Below, one piece after another: positions 42,868 through 54,400 of a stretch of DNA of 64,000 nt. Under the pieces are notes generated by a model, which did no database searches, was not told the DNA's origin, and was given only the letters and a program-made list of their open reading frames with translations. Within the stretch, counting starts at the first letter, position 1; each line of letters opens with the position of its first letter. Source of the stretch: an uncultured cyanobacterium (GTDB taxonomy: Bacteria > Cyanobacteriota > Cyanobacteriia > Cyanobacteriales > Nostocaceae); contig OY970166.1 of NCBI GenBank assembly GCA_963706595.1, positions 4,256,001 through 4,320,000 on the forward strand. Reading direction: 5' to 3'. The position numbers were made by a program, and so were the translations under genes.

Positions 42868-44094
42868 GTGCAGGAAAATATGACAATGTTTAGTCAGATT
42901 AATTGGGTGTTGGTTAATACTGGTTTGCAGTTTGCTGGTTGGGGAGTGTTTTCGCTGCTGCTGGCTGAAGTCTTAAGAGACAGTTATCATGTTTTGTGTC
43001 ACGAGGTCAAATGGCTCGCTAAATGGCACAATAAGCATCATCAGGTATATCGTCGGGATTTATCCATTGTCTCTGTGCAAGCTTACCAAGATTCTCAGCT
43101 TTATCACGATGTTCTGGAGTCGAGTTTACTGGTTGCGGCTTTAACCATCATCGCCTTAGTTGTTCAGCAAATGGGGTTATGGCTGGGGGTACTCTATGGC
43201 TGTACTTTCTTGTATGGTGCTTCTGTGCGCTATTTCTCAGGTAAAATCGATACAGATTACAATCACTTACCCGGTCCTTTACAGATAATTCCCTCTGTTT
43301 GGTGGGTAAATCGCACTTACCATTGGCGACATCATTTTGATGATGTCAATGCTTACTATAGTGGTGTCTTTCCTCTCGTGGATAAAATACTTGGTACGGG
43401 TTTATCCCTCAAAGGTAAAACCGTTGCTATAACTGGCGCGTCAGGTTCTCTCGGTCAAGCATTGGTGGCGGAACTGCTCAAGCATAATGCCAAAGTGGTG
43501 GCTTTAACCACTAACCCCGAAAAATTAACACCGCAGACTAATTTTAAGGTGCTTTCCTGGGAGTTAGGTAATGAGGCGGAACTCAAAGACAGTTTAGAAA
43601 AAATCGATATTTTGATTATCAATCATGGTATCAATGTCTATAATAGCCGGACACCGGAAGCGATCGCATCTTCATATCAGGTGAATACTTTCTCAGCTTT
43701 GCGGTTGATGGATATATTTTTAACAACTGTCACCGGACCACAAGCCAAAGCCACCAAGGAAATCTGGGTGAATACTTCTGAGGCTGAGGTTTCCCCGGCT
43801 TTAAGTCCCCTTTATGAACTGAGTAAACGCACTTTAGGAAATCTTGTCACCCTGAAGCGCTTGGATGGAAATTGTGTAATTCGCAAGTTAATTCTGGGAC
43901 CTTTTAAAAGTCAACTCAACCCTTATGGAGTCATGTCAGCCCAGCAGGTCGCTCGTGGTATTTTGTTTTTAGCACGGCGAGATTACCGCAATATTATTGT
44001 CACCATAAATCCTCTGACTTATGTGTTCTTTCCTATCAAGGAAGCTAGTACATGGCTGTATTACCGGATTTTTAGTAAAACAGCTAAAAATTAG
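42868..44094 (+). CDS. Bifunctional sterol desaturase/short-chain dehydrogenase
   Basis: His boxes HVLCH, HNKHH, HWRHH; then TGASGSLG and YELSK. Confidence 0.88.
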   Translation: MQENMTMFSQINWVLVNTGLQFAGWGVFSLLLAEVLRDSYHVLCHEVKWLAKWHNKHHQVYRRDLSIVSVQAYQDSQLYHDVLESSLLVAALTIIALVVQQMGLWLGVLYGCTFLYGASVRYFSGKIDTDYNHLPGPLQIIPSVWWVNRTYHWRHHFDDVNAYYSGVFPLVDKILGTGLSLKGKTVAITGASGSLGQALVAELLKHNAKVVALTTNPEKLTPQTNFKVLSWELGNEAELKDSLEKIDILIINHGINVYNSRTPEAIASSYQVNTFSALRLMDIFLTTVTGPQAKATKEIWVNTSEAEVSPALSPLYELSKRTLGNLVTLKRLDGNCVIRKLILGPFKSQLNPYGVMSAQQVARGILFLARRDYRNIIVTINPLTYVFFPIKEASTWLYYRIFSKTAKN

Positions 44095-44113
44095 GCTAAA
44101 AACCTTTCATTTG

Positions 44114-44191
44114 GTAGGGTGCGTTATAGACTTTAGAACTTACGCACTGAAATTTAGGATGGTGCGTTGCGCTACGCAACAATACACCCTA
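44114..44191. repeat. Inverted doublet of GTAG-type REP-like elements
   Basis: GTAGGGTGCGTTA...ACACCCTAC; similar doublet at 58545-58622 and single copy at 50938-50970. Confidence 0.7.
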
Positions 44192-44392
44192 CAAACTACA
44201 AACTACAAACTTATCCAGTCCCCCTCCTCGCTTGCGGGGAGGGGCTAGGGGTGGGGTGTTATGTTCACCAACGCGCAATTTCCATACTTGTGTCTACACA
44301 GTGGTTGCTTGTAGCAGAGGGTTAGGGAAAAATCAATATATTTGATTTGGGAAATTATCTGGTATTCCAGCCATATCTCTGATATATTAAAA

Positions 44393-44410
44393 ATATCGAT
44401 TGTTCGATAT
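44393..44410. promoter_or_regulatory. Putative TetR operator ATATCGA-N4-TCGATAT
   Basis: Perfect 7-bp inverted repeat 7 bp before the TetR ATG. Confidence 0.55.
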
Positions 44411-44417
44411 AAAAAAT

Positions 44418-44990
44418 ATGCCCAAAATAGTTGACCATGAGCAATACCGTAAAGAACTTCTGAGCAAGTGCTTTGATTTATTTGCTCAAAAAGGTTACGG
44501 TGCGCTCACCATGAGACAAATCGCTGAAAGTTTAAATGTTTCTACTGGTACACTATATCATTATTTTCCTAGCAAACAGGCTTTGTTTGAGCAATTAGTT
44601 GAGGAAATAAGTCTTCAAGATATCAGTTCAGCATTGGTGGAGATGGAAGGAGTAGAAACACTTTCAGAAACAATGACTGCGATGGGAAAATATTTAGTTA
44701 AAAATCAAGATTACTTTATTAATCAAACTTATATCTTGGTTGATTTTTATCAGCATCACGACAAAGAAACCATAGAGAAAAGTCCGGTATTTCAACGTGT
44801 AAAGCAAAGGTATCAGCAAGCAGTTTGTGATTTTTTAGGAATTGAAGATCCAGTATTAGCTTCTTTTGTTTTGAGCTTTATCGATGGGTTGATTTTAGCA
44901 AAACTCTGGGGTGATCAAACAATTGATTTTGTTGAACAATTTGCCTTGTTAGATAAATTGCTCACCAGCTATTTATCAGAAAAATCATAA
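44418..44990 (+). CDS. TetR/AcrR-family regulator
   Basis: FAQKGYGALTMRQIAESLNVSTGTLYHYFPSKQALF HTH. Confidence 0.92.
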   Translation: MPKIVDHEQYRKELLSKCFDLFAQKGYGALTMRQIAESLNVSTGTLYHYFPSKQALFEQLVEEISLQDISSALVEMEGVETLSETMTAMGKYLVKNQDYFINQTYILVDFYQHHDKETIEKSPVFQRVKQRYQQAVCDFLGIEDPVLASFVLSFIDGLILAKLWGDQTIDFVEQFALLDKLLTSYLSEKS

Positions 44991-44992
44991 CA

Positions 44993-45131
44993 TATAGTAA
45001 TCCGCTTTGATTTTTTAACTTACTTGCGTAGGTGGGGAGTGGGGAGTGGGGAGTGGGGAGTGGGGAGTGGGGAGTGGGAAAAAGCCATTTTGAGTTGTAT
45101 TGATATTCAGAAATCAAATAGGAGTCCTATA
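44993..45131. repeat. MITE-like repeat enclosing a (TGGGGAG)6 heptamer array
   Basis: Imperfect inverted ends TATAG..TTTGATTT / AAATCAAATAGGAGTCCTATA; heptamers at 45033-45074. Confidence 0.6.
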
Positions 45132-45211
45132 GATAACCCCTAAATTAGAGAAAAATTTTAATTCTTTGTACCTAAATATCTCCAAAAAATAGTGTGTTTA
45201 GTGAGGTAAAA

Positions 45212-46502
45212 ATGACTCAAAATGTGTTGTTTAAAGTTCCCAATCACAGGTTAATTGTATTAGTAGTAGCTGCTACTGTGATTACAGGTGGAATTGCTTT
45301 TTATGGAATTGCTCAGTCTGGTTTAGTTGGTCAAACTGCTTCATCTGAACTTGGAGAAACTCCGCCAGTTACACCAAAAATCTCGGCTTTAGGAAGATTA
45401 GAACCAGAAACAGAGGTAATTAGTCTGTCTGCACCTTTGGATTTGGATGGCGATCGCATTGCTCAGATTTTAGTCCAAGAGGGCGATACAGTCAAATCTG
45501 GTCAGGTGGTGGCAATTTTAGACTCACGCACTCGCCTACAAACTGCTGTACTCCAAGCAGAACAACAGGTGAGAGTGGCTAAAGCTAAATTGGCTCAAGT
45601 TGAAGCTGGAGCAAAAACTGGAGAAATTCAGGCACAGCAAGCAACTATGGAACGCTTACAGGCTCAGTTACAAGGCGATAAAATAGCTCAACAAGAAGCG
45701 ATCGCTCGCATAGAAGCACAGTCTTTAGGTGAAAGATTAGCACAAGAGGCGACAATTAACAAGCTGCAAGCCGAATTAAATAATGCTCAAGCTGAATATG
45801 AACGTTATCAGCAACTATCCTCAGAAGGTGCAATTTCTCATTTCTTTATTTGATAGTAAGCGCTTGAGTTTAGACACTGCAAAACAGCAACTTTCACAAG
45901 CCCAAGCAGTTCTAAATCAAATTAATTCTACTGCTAGTCGAGAATTAGCTCAAGCTCAAGTTACACTGACTCGAATTAACGCCACTGGGAATAAACAAAT
46001 TAGTGAAGCCCAAGCCACACTCAACAGTATTGCTGAAATTCGTCCCGTAGATATCGCAGCAGCTAAGAGTGAAGTTGAGAGTGCGATCGCGACACTCAAA
46101 CAAATGCAAACTAATTTAGATTCTACTTCCATTATAGCACCAATAGCTGGACAAATTCTCAAAATTCACACACGAGTTGGAGAAAAAATTAGTGATGCTG
46201 GAATTGCAGACTTGGCGCAAACTGAACAAATGATTGCAGTTGCAGAAGTATATCAAACTGATATTAGTAAAATTAAGCTGGGACAGTCAGCAGTAATTAC
46301 TAGTCAAGTATTTGCTGGTGAATTGCGCGGCACAGTTTCTCAAATTGGTTTGCAGGTAAATAGACAAAATGTTTATAGCAACCAACCCGGAGAAAACTTA
46401 GATAGTCGCGTGATTGATGTCAAAATTCGTCTGCATCCTGAAGACAGTAAACAAGTCGCCAATTTGACTAATTTGCAAGTACAAACATCAATTGAATTGT
46501 AG
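45212..46502 (+). CDS. DevB-family membrane fusion protein, +1 frameshift near 45840
   Basis: ISALGRLEPE..AEVYQTDI..DSRVIDVKI split over two overlapping ORFs. Confidence 0.83.
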
Positions 46503-46544
46503 AAGGAATAACGAACCACACCAGACGCAGAGGACACAGAGTCA

Positions 46545-46709
46545 AGAGGATGTTTGAAAAGTATTGTTTATTACTCAAAAATTTTAGAAACCTAACCCCC
46601 CTACCCCCCTTCCCTAGAAGGGAATGGGGGTTTCAAAGCCTCTCTCCTTGTAGGAGAGAGGTTTGGAGAGAGGTTTTTAGTATACTTTACGACTTTACAA
46701 ACATCCTCT
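46545..46709. mobile_element. MITE with 18-bp terminal inverted repeats
   Basis: AGAGGATGTTTGAAAAGT (46545-46562) vs ACTTTACAAACATCCTCT (46692-46709), 17/18 match; no ORF. Confidence 0.72.
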
Positions 46710-46804
46710 AAGAGAGTTTGAGAGTTTTTTTGCGTAAGTCCTGTTAAAAATACCAGTATTATTCCACTCCCTACTCCCCACTCCCCACTCCCCACTCCCC
46801 AATT

Positions 46805-47972
46805 ATGTTCTTTAAACCATCACGGAAGACTCCCCTAGCATGGCGACAGTTAATGAAAGAAAAAACTCGTCTGTTAGTCGCAGTTGCAGGAATTACTTTT
46901 GCTGATATGCTAATGTTTATTCAGCTAGGTTTTGAAAGTGCGCTGTTTGATGCTGCTATTCAACCTCACCGCAATTTACAAGCAGATTTGGTGTTAATTA
47001 ATCCCCAATTTCAAACTCTGTTTTCAGTCAAAAGTTTTTCTAGAGAACGACTATATCAAACATTGGGTTATGAGGGTGTAAAATCAGTAAATTCTGTTTA
47101 TATTGGCACTGGACAATGGCGAAATCCTCAAACCCGTCTTGATCGGGCTATCTTGGTTTGGGGTATCGATCCGGCACAACCTGCTTTTAAGTTTCCCGAA
47201 GTTCAAGAAAATCAGAATCATCTCAAACAATTGCATCAAGTGCTGTTTGATCAAGCCGGTCGTCCAGAATATGGCGCTGTTGGTGATATATTCCAGAAAA
47301 CAGGCAATTTTGACACGGAACTGAATAATAAAGCTATTCGTGTCAGGGGTGTATTTAGTAATGGTGCTTCTTTTGCTGCTGATGGAAATGTGATTACCAG
47401 TGATTCTACGTTTTTACAACTGTTTCCCGAACGCCAAAGCAACCTTATAGAAGTGGGTTTAATTACTCTTAATCCTGGTGTAAATGCGGGAAAAGTGCGA
47501 TCGCAATCTAGCCGCAAAGTTACCCAATGATGTCAGCGTTTTAACTCCAGAAGAATTTGCTCAAATAGAAAAGAAATACTGGGCTGAGGGGACTGGGATT
47601 GGTTTTATTTTCGGTTTAGGTGTGGTGGTGGGGTTTATTGTCGGTATCGTGATTGTCTACCAAATTCTTTATTCTGATGTCTCCGAACATCTCCCAGAAT
47701 ACGCTACCCTCAAAGCGATGGGTTATAGCGATCGCTATCTGTTGGGAGTCTTATTACAAGAGGCTTTATTTTTAGCCGTCTTCGGTTATATCCCGGCATT
47801 TTTTCTTTCCTTCGGATTATATCAGCTTGCTTACGCTGCCACAATGCTACCCATAGCCATGAAGCTGGAAAGAGCCACAACTGTGTTTATTTTAACCGTA
47901 ATTATGTGTAGTTTTTCTGGTGCGATCGCCATGAGAAAGTTACGCACAGCCGATCCCGCAGATGTTTTCTAA
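46805..47972 (+). CDS. DevC-family ABC permease, +1 frameshift near 47507
   Basis: TPLAWRQL..EYATLKAMGY..ADPADVF split over two ORFs. Confidence 0.83.
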
Positions 47973-48006
47973 TTCCCAATAGACCAAATTTTGGCAATAA
48001 GAACCC

Positions 48007-48759
48007 ATGATACAAAACAGTATATCAGGAAATGACCCCTTAAATTTATCTACTGTGGAACCTGTGATTTCTGTTCACAAAGTCAATCATTACTTTGGCA
48101 GTGGAAACCTGCGAAAACAAGTCTTATCTGAGATTAATTTGCAGATTAACGCCAGTGAAATTGTGATTATGACTGGTCCCTCCGGTTCAGGTAAAACCAC
48201 TCTGTTAACCCTCATGGGTGGTCTACGTTCCGCCCAGGAAGGTAGTTTGAAAATCTTAGGACAGGAAATTTGTGGAGCCAGCAAAGGACAATTAACGAAG
48301 CTGCGCCGTCAGATTGGTTATATTTTCCAAGCACATAATCTGATGACTTTTTTGACAGCTAAAGATAATGTCAGAATGTCCATAGAATTGCATGACGAGT
48401 TTTTCGCTGAGGATATCAACGCCAAAGCGATCGCCATGTTGGAAACTGTGGGTTTAGCAGACCATGTAAATTACTATCCAGAGAATCTCTCAGGGGGACA
48501 AAAACAAAGAGTTGCGATCGCGCGTGCGTTAGTCAGTCATCCTAAAATTGTTTTAGCAGATGAACCCACAGCCGCATTAGACAAAAAATCTGGGCGCGAT
48601 GTCGTGGAATTAATGCAAAAGTTAGCCAAAGAACAAGGTTGTACAATCTTGCTAGTTACCCATGATAACCGGATTCTTGATATCGCTGATCGAATTATTT
48701 ATATGGAAGATGGTCAGCTAAAGACTAATGCTGTAGATGTAGCCACAACAATGCATTAA
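48007..48759 (+). CDS. DevA-family ABC ATPase
   Basis: GPSGSGKT, LSGGQKQR, ADEPT, VTHD. Confidence 0.92.
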   Translation: MIQNSISGNDPLNLSTVEPVISVHKVNHYFGSGNLRKQVLSEINLQINASEIVIMTGPSGSGKTTLLTLMGGLRSAQEGSLKILGQEICGASKGQLTKLRRQIGYIFQAHNLMTFLTAKDNVRMSIELHDEFFAEDINAKAIAMLETVGLADHVNYYPENLSGGQKQRVAIARALVSHPKIVLADEPTAALDKKSGRDVVELMQKLAKEQGCTILLVTHDNRILDIADRIIYMEDGQLKTNAVDVATTMH

Positions 48760-49576
48760 ACTTCAGACATTTCTCCCCTCTCCTTAGTAAGGAGAGGGGT
48801 TGGGGGTGAGGTTCCATGATCACCGGATTCTTGATATTGCTGATTGAATTATTTATATGGAAGATGGTCAGCTAAAGACTAACGCTGTAGATGTAGCCAC
48901 AACAATGCATTAAACTTCAGACATTTCTCCCCTCTCCTTAGTAAGGAGAGGGGTTGGGGGTGAGGTTCCATGATCACCGGATTCTTGATATTGCTGATTG
49001 AATTATTTATATGGAAGATGGTCAGCTAAAGACTAACGCTGTAGATGTAGCCACAACAATGCATTAAACTTCAGACATTTCTCCCCTCTCCTTAGTAAGG
49101 AGAGGGGTTGGGGGTGAGGTTCCATGATCACCGAATTCTTGATATTGCTGATTGAATTATTTATATGGAAGATGGTCAGCTAAAGACTAATGGTGTAGAT
49201 GTAGCCACAACAATGCATTAAACTTCAGACATTTCTCCCCTCTCCTTAGTAAGGAGAGGGGTTGGGGGTGAGGTTCCATGATCACCGGATTCTTGATATT
49301 GCTGATTGAATTATTTATATGGAAGATGGTCAGCTAAAGACTAACGCTGTAGATGTAGCCACAACAATGCATTAAACTTCAGACATTTCTCCCCTCTCCT
49401 TAGTAAGGAGAGGGGTTGGGGGTGAGGTTCCATGATCACCGGATTCTTGATATTGCTGATCGAATTATTTATATGGAAGATGGTCAGCTAAAGACTAACG
49501 CTGTAGATGTAGCCACAACAATGCATTAAAGTTAAGACATTTCCCCCCTCTGGTTACTAAGAACAGGGGTTGGGGG
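48661..49576. repeat. 154-bp tandem repeat (5 full copies plus a degenerate sixth) of the devA-like 3' end and a REP-like hairpin
   Basis: Unit starts at 48661, 48815, 48969, 49123, 49277, 49431. Confidence 0.95.
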
Positions 49577-49652
49577 TTAAGACATTTCTCCCCTCTCCTT
49601 ACTAAGGAGAGGGGTTGGGGGTGAGGTTCTTTAATTTTAGAGGATATAATCT

Positions 49653-49859
49653 ATGAAAATTTGGGTAAATGAGCAAATTGATCCTTCTGGGATGATTTAT
49701 GCCTGTATTGCTTGTTGTGATGAATCGCAAGCCCAAGATTGTCATGAGTCCTTTCAAGAAAACTTGACCGCTAGGCAAAAGTCAACCGGTTGGATAGCAC
49801 AATTGCGGATAGTTAGTTCTTGGGATGAAGTCCCAGTTAATGCACTCAAACTGGATTAA
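49653..49859 (+). CDS. Small cyanobacterial hypothetical protein
   Basis: 68 aa; GAGGA RBS; WVNEQIDPSG..WDEVPVNALKL recalled as a conserved cyanobacterial family. Confidence 0.65.
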   Translation: MKIWVNEQIDPSGMIYACIACCDESQAQDCHESFQENLTARQKSTGWIAQLRIVSSWDEVPVNALKLD

Positions 49860-50171
49860 TTGTTTCCCGATTCAGTTTATCAAGATATTTTTTCATTTAT
49901 ATAGGTCATCCCATTCAGGTTTTGACCTGTATTTTCTTGAGCAAGAGTTTAAATTTTTAGCTGTTGATTCAGCCAACCCAAGTAGTTATAGTAGCCAGAT
50001 ACCTAAGTATAACTGAAGAAACCATAAAAATTACCGCAAAAAAATTACGATTTTTACACAAGAACTTTGAAGAAACCTCACATTTTCGGAAAAATTGATC
50101 ATATTTAGGAACTTTTAAGGGTTATTATCATACCAAGAGTTCAACGTAAAACTTGCAAAAGCCGAATTAAT

Positions 50172-50720
50172 ATGGTGAACTATTCCCCAGTTTACACTTC
50201 GGAGCAAGGCTGTCCTATTAATTTGGTTGGCGAAACAGGACAAGCGGTGCAAATTTCCATTCATTCCCCCAGTCAGTATATCTGTGCCAACTGCGAACGG
50301 ATATTACCAGATTGGAAAAATCAACCTTGTTTCTGGGTTGTAATTGTTTTACAGCAGTCACGTTATCCACTCGTAAAAAGTACGCCAGAAATCGAAATGG
50401 AGAAACAACGCCTGCGGGAAAAGTTTATGCGGTTTGGCTTTGACTTAGCATTTCAATTGCGGGATATCGGCTATCTAACCGACTTGATTGATCCTCGCAC
50501 GGGCTATCCCTTACTTTCCCATCCGGGAGAAATTCCTCACAATGACATCGCAGTTGTGAAAGCCTTGCTCAACTATCGAGTTATTAAAAATAAATGTCGG
50601 GTGCTGATTCATCCTCTCTGGGGAGCAGCAGTTTATCCCAGCGTTTTAATATCAGCAGCACCGCCAACAACAATTGAAAGTTTCACCAAAAACATTGCAC
50701 CCTTACACGGATGGAATTAA
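50172..50720 (+). CDS. MMADHC/CblD-like protein
   Basis: EKQRLREKF, DLIDPRTGYP, CRVLIHPLWGAAVYP motifs. Confidence 0.75.
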   Translation: MVNYSPVYTSEQGCPINLVGETGQAVQISIHSPSQYICANCERILPDWKNQPCFWVVIVLQQSRYPLVKSTPEIEMEKQRLREKFMRFGFDLAFQLRDIGYLTDLIDPRTGYPLLSHPGEIPHNDIAVVKALLNYRVIKNKCRVLIHPLWGAAVYPSVLISAAPPTTIESFTKNIAPLHGWN

Positions 50721-50721
50721 C

Positions 50722-50898
50722 TAGGTAGGTACAAATAAACCTAACTATGTAACGAAAAGTAAAAGCGCTGAAAACCTTGTATTCGCTTTACTCCACTTCG
50801 TTACGTCTGGCTAACGCCACGCTTTGCAGTAAGCGCAGCTATGCCCGCCAGGACTTTACGCAATGACATAGTTGTAAACTTTTTCACCCACCTACTTA
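50722..50898. mobile_element. Degenerate MITE-like element
   Basis: Imperfect inverted ends TAGGTAGGT..AACTATGT / ACATAGTT..CACCTACTTA. Confidence 0.4.
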
Positions 50899-51421
50899 AC
50901 AGTCAGAGGAGAGTACAGCACCAAGACCACAGAAGACGGTGCGTTAGGCTAAAGCCATAACACACCCTACATATACTGAGATTTTTTCAATAATCAAATC
51001 GGATTCCTATATAAAGGCTGATTAGAAAGCAAAGCTAGTATTTTGCAGTGAATCGAAGAGATGTCATCAATAAAAAGGCAAGTTTAGTTAAAATTTTCTG
51101 ATTTTTTATATTTTTCCTTATATATACAACATTCAAATAATCACTTAATAAAAATTTATTTAATCCCACACCAAACATATAACCACAGCATTATGATCGG
51201 AAAAGAAACAACCATATAATTACCGAATTATCTCAAAAAAAATAATTTAAATAGTAAATACCTGGAAATTTAGCCTGTAACTCCGTAGATATTTCCGATA
51301 AAGACTTTAGCAACGTTTTATGGAACCTCTCTACAAGGGTTTGAGAAAAAGCATATTTAAATTCGGTCGATTTCTAGTGAATAAGTAGATTTTTTTCTAT
51401 TTTTTAGAAAATGTAGCAAGT

Positions 51422-54400
51422 ATGACCCTTAGACCAGGAATTGAACCCTTAGCTAATTGTGTGTCTGTTGAATTGCCTACTTTAAAAAATGCCATATATC
51501 TTTTCCCCTTGACTGTTACCCCTGATACTCGTGTAATTGATGCGATCGCCTTAATGAGTCAAGCACGAGGCAGTAATTACCAGATAGTAAATCAGAATCT
51601 GTCACCAACTCCAGAAAAAGCTAGCTGTGTCTTGGTAATTGAGCAAAGGCAACTAGTAGGAATCTTTACAGAATGGGATGTAGTCAGGCTCACTGCCACA
51701 GGTGTGGACTTATCTGAGATTACCATCGCTGAAGTCATGATTCACCCAGTGATTACTATTCAGCAATCCCAGGCTGAGGATATGTTCACAGTGCTGTCAA
51801 TCTGGCATCAAAATCGAATTCGCCATCTACCAGTAGTGGATGACAAAAATCATTTAGTAGGAATACTCACACCTGAAGCAATTCGTCAAGTAATCCAACC
51901 AGCAAATTTATTGAAATTACGCTCTGTATCAGAAGTAACTGTCAATCATGATATTTATGCCCCATTGACTACCAGATTACTCGACATTGCCGAGCTAATG
52001 AATCATCAAAATATCAGTTGCGTAGTCATTGCAGAACCTAACGCTACAGGATGCGTCATCCCCCAGGGAATGATCACGGAAAGGGATATTGTCCAATTTC
52101 AAGTTTTGGGGCTGGATTTTACCCAAATTCAAGCTCAAACTGTGATGAGTACACCTTTATTTTGTGTGCATCCTGAAGATTCCTTGTGGTTTGCCCATCA
52201 AGAAATGCAACGGCGACAATTGCGGCGATTAGTTGTCACCAGTCAAACTGGGGAATTTCTGGGAATTGTCACTCAAACCAGCTTTTTGCAATTGTTTGAT
52301 CCCTTAGAAATGGCTAACGTGATTGCGGCTTTACAGCAACAGGTTGCAGCCCAGGGAAAAGAACTAGAACAGACTAACCAGCAATTGCAACAGGAAATTA
52401 CACAACGCCAGCAGACAGAAGAGAAACTGCATCAAGCTTATACAACTTTAGAACAACAAGTTGCCCAACGCACCGCCGAACTATCCCAAGCCAATGCACT
52501 GTTACAGCAAGAAATTGAGGAACGCCAAAAAACAGAAGTAGCACTCAGGAACAACCAAGCACAGGCTTGGCAACAACTTGCAGAAATTGAAAGTATCTAT
52601 GCTTCTGTCCCCATTGGACTGAACTTTGTGGACACAAACCTGAGATTTGTCCGCATCAATGAACATCTAGCTCAGATTAATAATGTCCCAGTGGCCGAGC
52701 ATATCGGGCGAACCCTGCGGGAAGTATTACCAAATCTCAGTGACAAATTAGAGCCGCTTTATCGACAGGTGATTGAGTCAGGCTTACCCATCATCAACCG
52801 CAAAGTTCATGGTACTATCCCAGCCCAACCAGGTATTGAACGTTACTGGCTAGTTAATTACTACCCACTGAGAGGGCATGATGGTGAAATGCTTGGTGTC
52901 AACTCAGTAGTACAGGATATTACCGAACGCCAACGCACAGAGAAAAAGTTACGGCATCAAGCACAAATTATCAACCAAATCCATGATTCAGTCATTGCCA
53001 CTGACCTTAAAGGTTATATTACCAGTTGGAATCAAGGTGCAGAAAAATTAACAGGTTACTCAGCTACCGAAGCTATGGGTAAACATATTTCGCTGCTATA
53101 TCCAGGGGAATTGGTTGATGTATTGGAAAATCAAGTTATTGCCCCTCTCTTAGAAACAGGAGAGCATGAAATTGAAGTGATCATGCAAAATAAGTTTGGC
53201 AAACGATTTGATGCTCTTTTGTCACTGTCGTTATTACGTAGTCCTAATCAGACTCCTATCGGCATGATTGGCTATGCTATAGACATCACAGAGCGCAAAC
53301 GAGCTGAAACTGCCCTGCGGCAAAGCCAACAGCAGTTTGAGGATATCATCAACAACTCGACAGCAATCATTTTCCTCAAGGATCTCCAAGGAAGATATAT
53401 ATTAGTCAATCGTGGGTTTACAATTCTTTTTAACCTGAGCCAAGAACAAATTCAAGGTAAAACTGACTACGACCTTTTTCCCCAAACACAAGCTGAAAGA
53501 TTTTTGGCAAATGACCGAAAAGTAATTGAAGCCAGAAAATCTTTGACTGTAGAAGAATTAGTAACATTGGCAGATGCTACCCACACTTACGTTACAGTTA
53601 AATTTCCTCTGCTTAATGCTGAAGGTGTACCCTACGCTGTTTGCGGTATTGCCACCGACATCACAGAAAGCAGATTAGCCGAAGAGAAAATCCGCGAACA
53701 AGCAGCCCTGATTGATATTGCCACAAATGCAATTTTTGTTTGCAATCTGGAGAGGCGGATATTATTTTGGAATCAAGGTGCTGAGGATATTTATGAATGG
53801 TCAGCAGCCGAAGCCTTGGGCAAGAATGCCAACGAACTTTTATTTGAAAAAGCTTCACCGCAACTAGAAGCGGCTCGTTTAAGTGTTTTAAAAGATAATT
53901 CCTGGCAAGGAGAGTTACATCAAGTCACTAAACATGGCAAAAAAATCATTGTGCAGAGTCGATGGACACTAGTACGCGATCAAGTTGGAGAGCCAAAATC
54001 AGTTTTAATTGTTAACACCGACATTACCGAGAAGAAACAACTAGAAACCCAATTTCTGCGGACTCAACGGTTAGAAAATCTTGGTATCCTCGCCAGTGGG
54101 ATTGCCCATGATTTAAACAACATTCTCACACCGATTCTGACCAGTACTCAACTGCTACCCGTGAGACTAGGCAATGTGGATGAGCAAAGTCGCCAACTGC
54201 TAAAAATGCAGCAAGACAGTGCCAAACGTGGTGCGGAGTTAATTAAGCAAATTTTGTCCTTTGCTCAGGGAGTTGAAGGAAAGCATTTTCCCCTACAAGT
54301 AAGACATTTATTAAGAGAAATTGAGCAGCTTGTTAAAAGTACATTTCCTAAATCAATTGCAGTTGAAACCTATATACCAAACACAATTTCTTCAATCATA

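Noticed and set aside
46601..46795. 64-aa ORF MGSGEWGVGSG..., and the similar REWGVGSREWG extension of the TPR ORF
   Set aside because: Translation of heptamer repeats and MITE sequence.
48661..49576. CRISPR array (palindromic repeat at regular spacing)
   Set aside because: The intervening sequences are near-identical copies of the devA-like tail, not unique spacers; no cas genes in the window.
49860..50171. Cobalamin riboswitch upstream of the MMADHC-like gene
   Set aside because: No B12-box or conserved core visible by eye; an Rfam scan would settle it.
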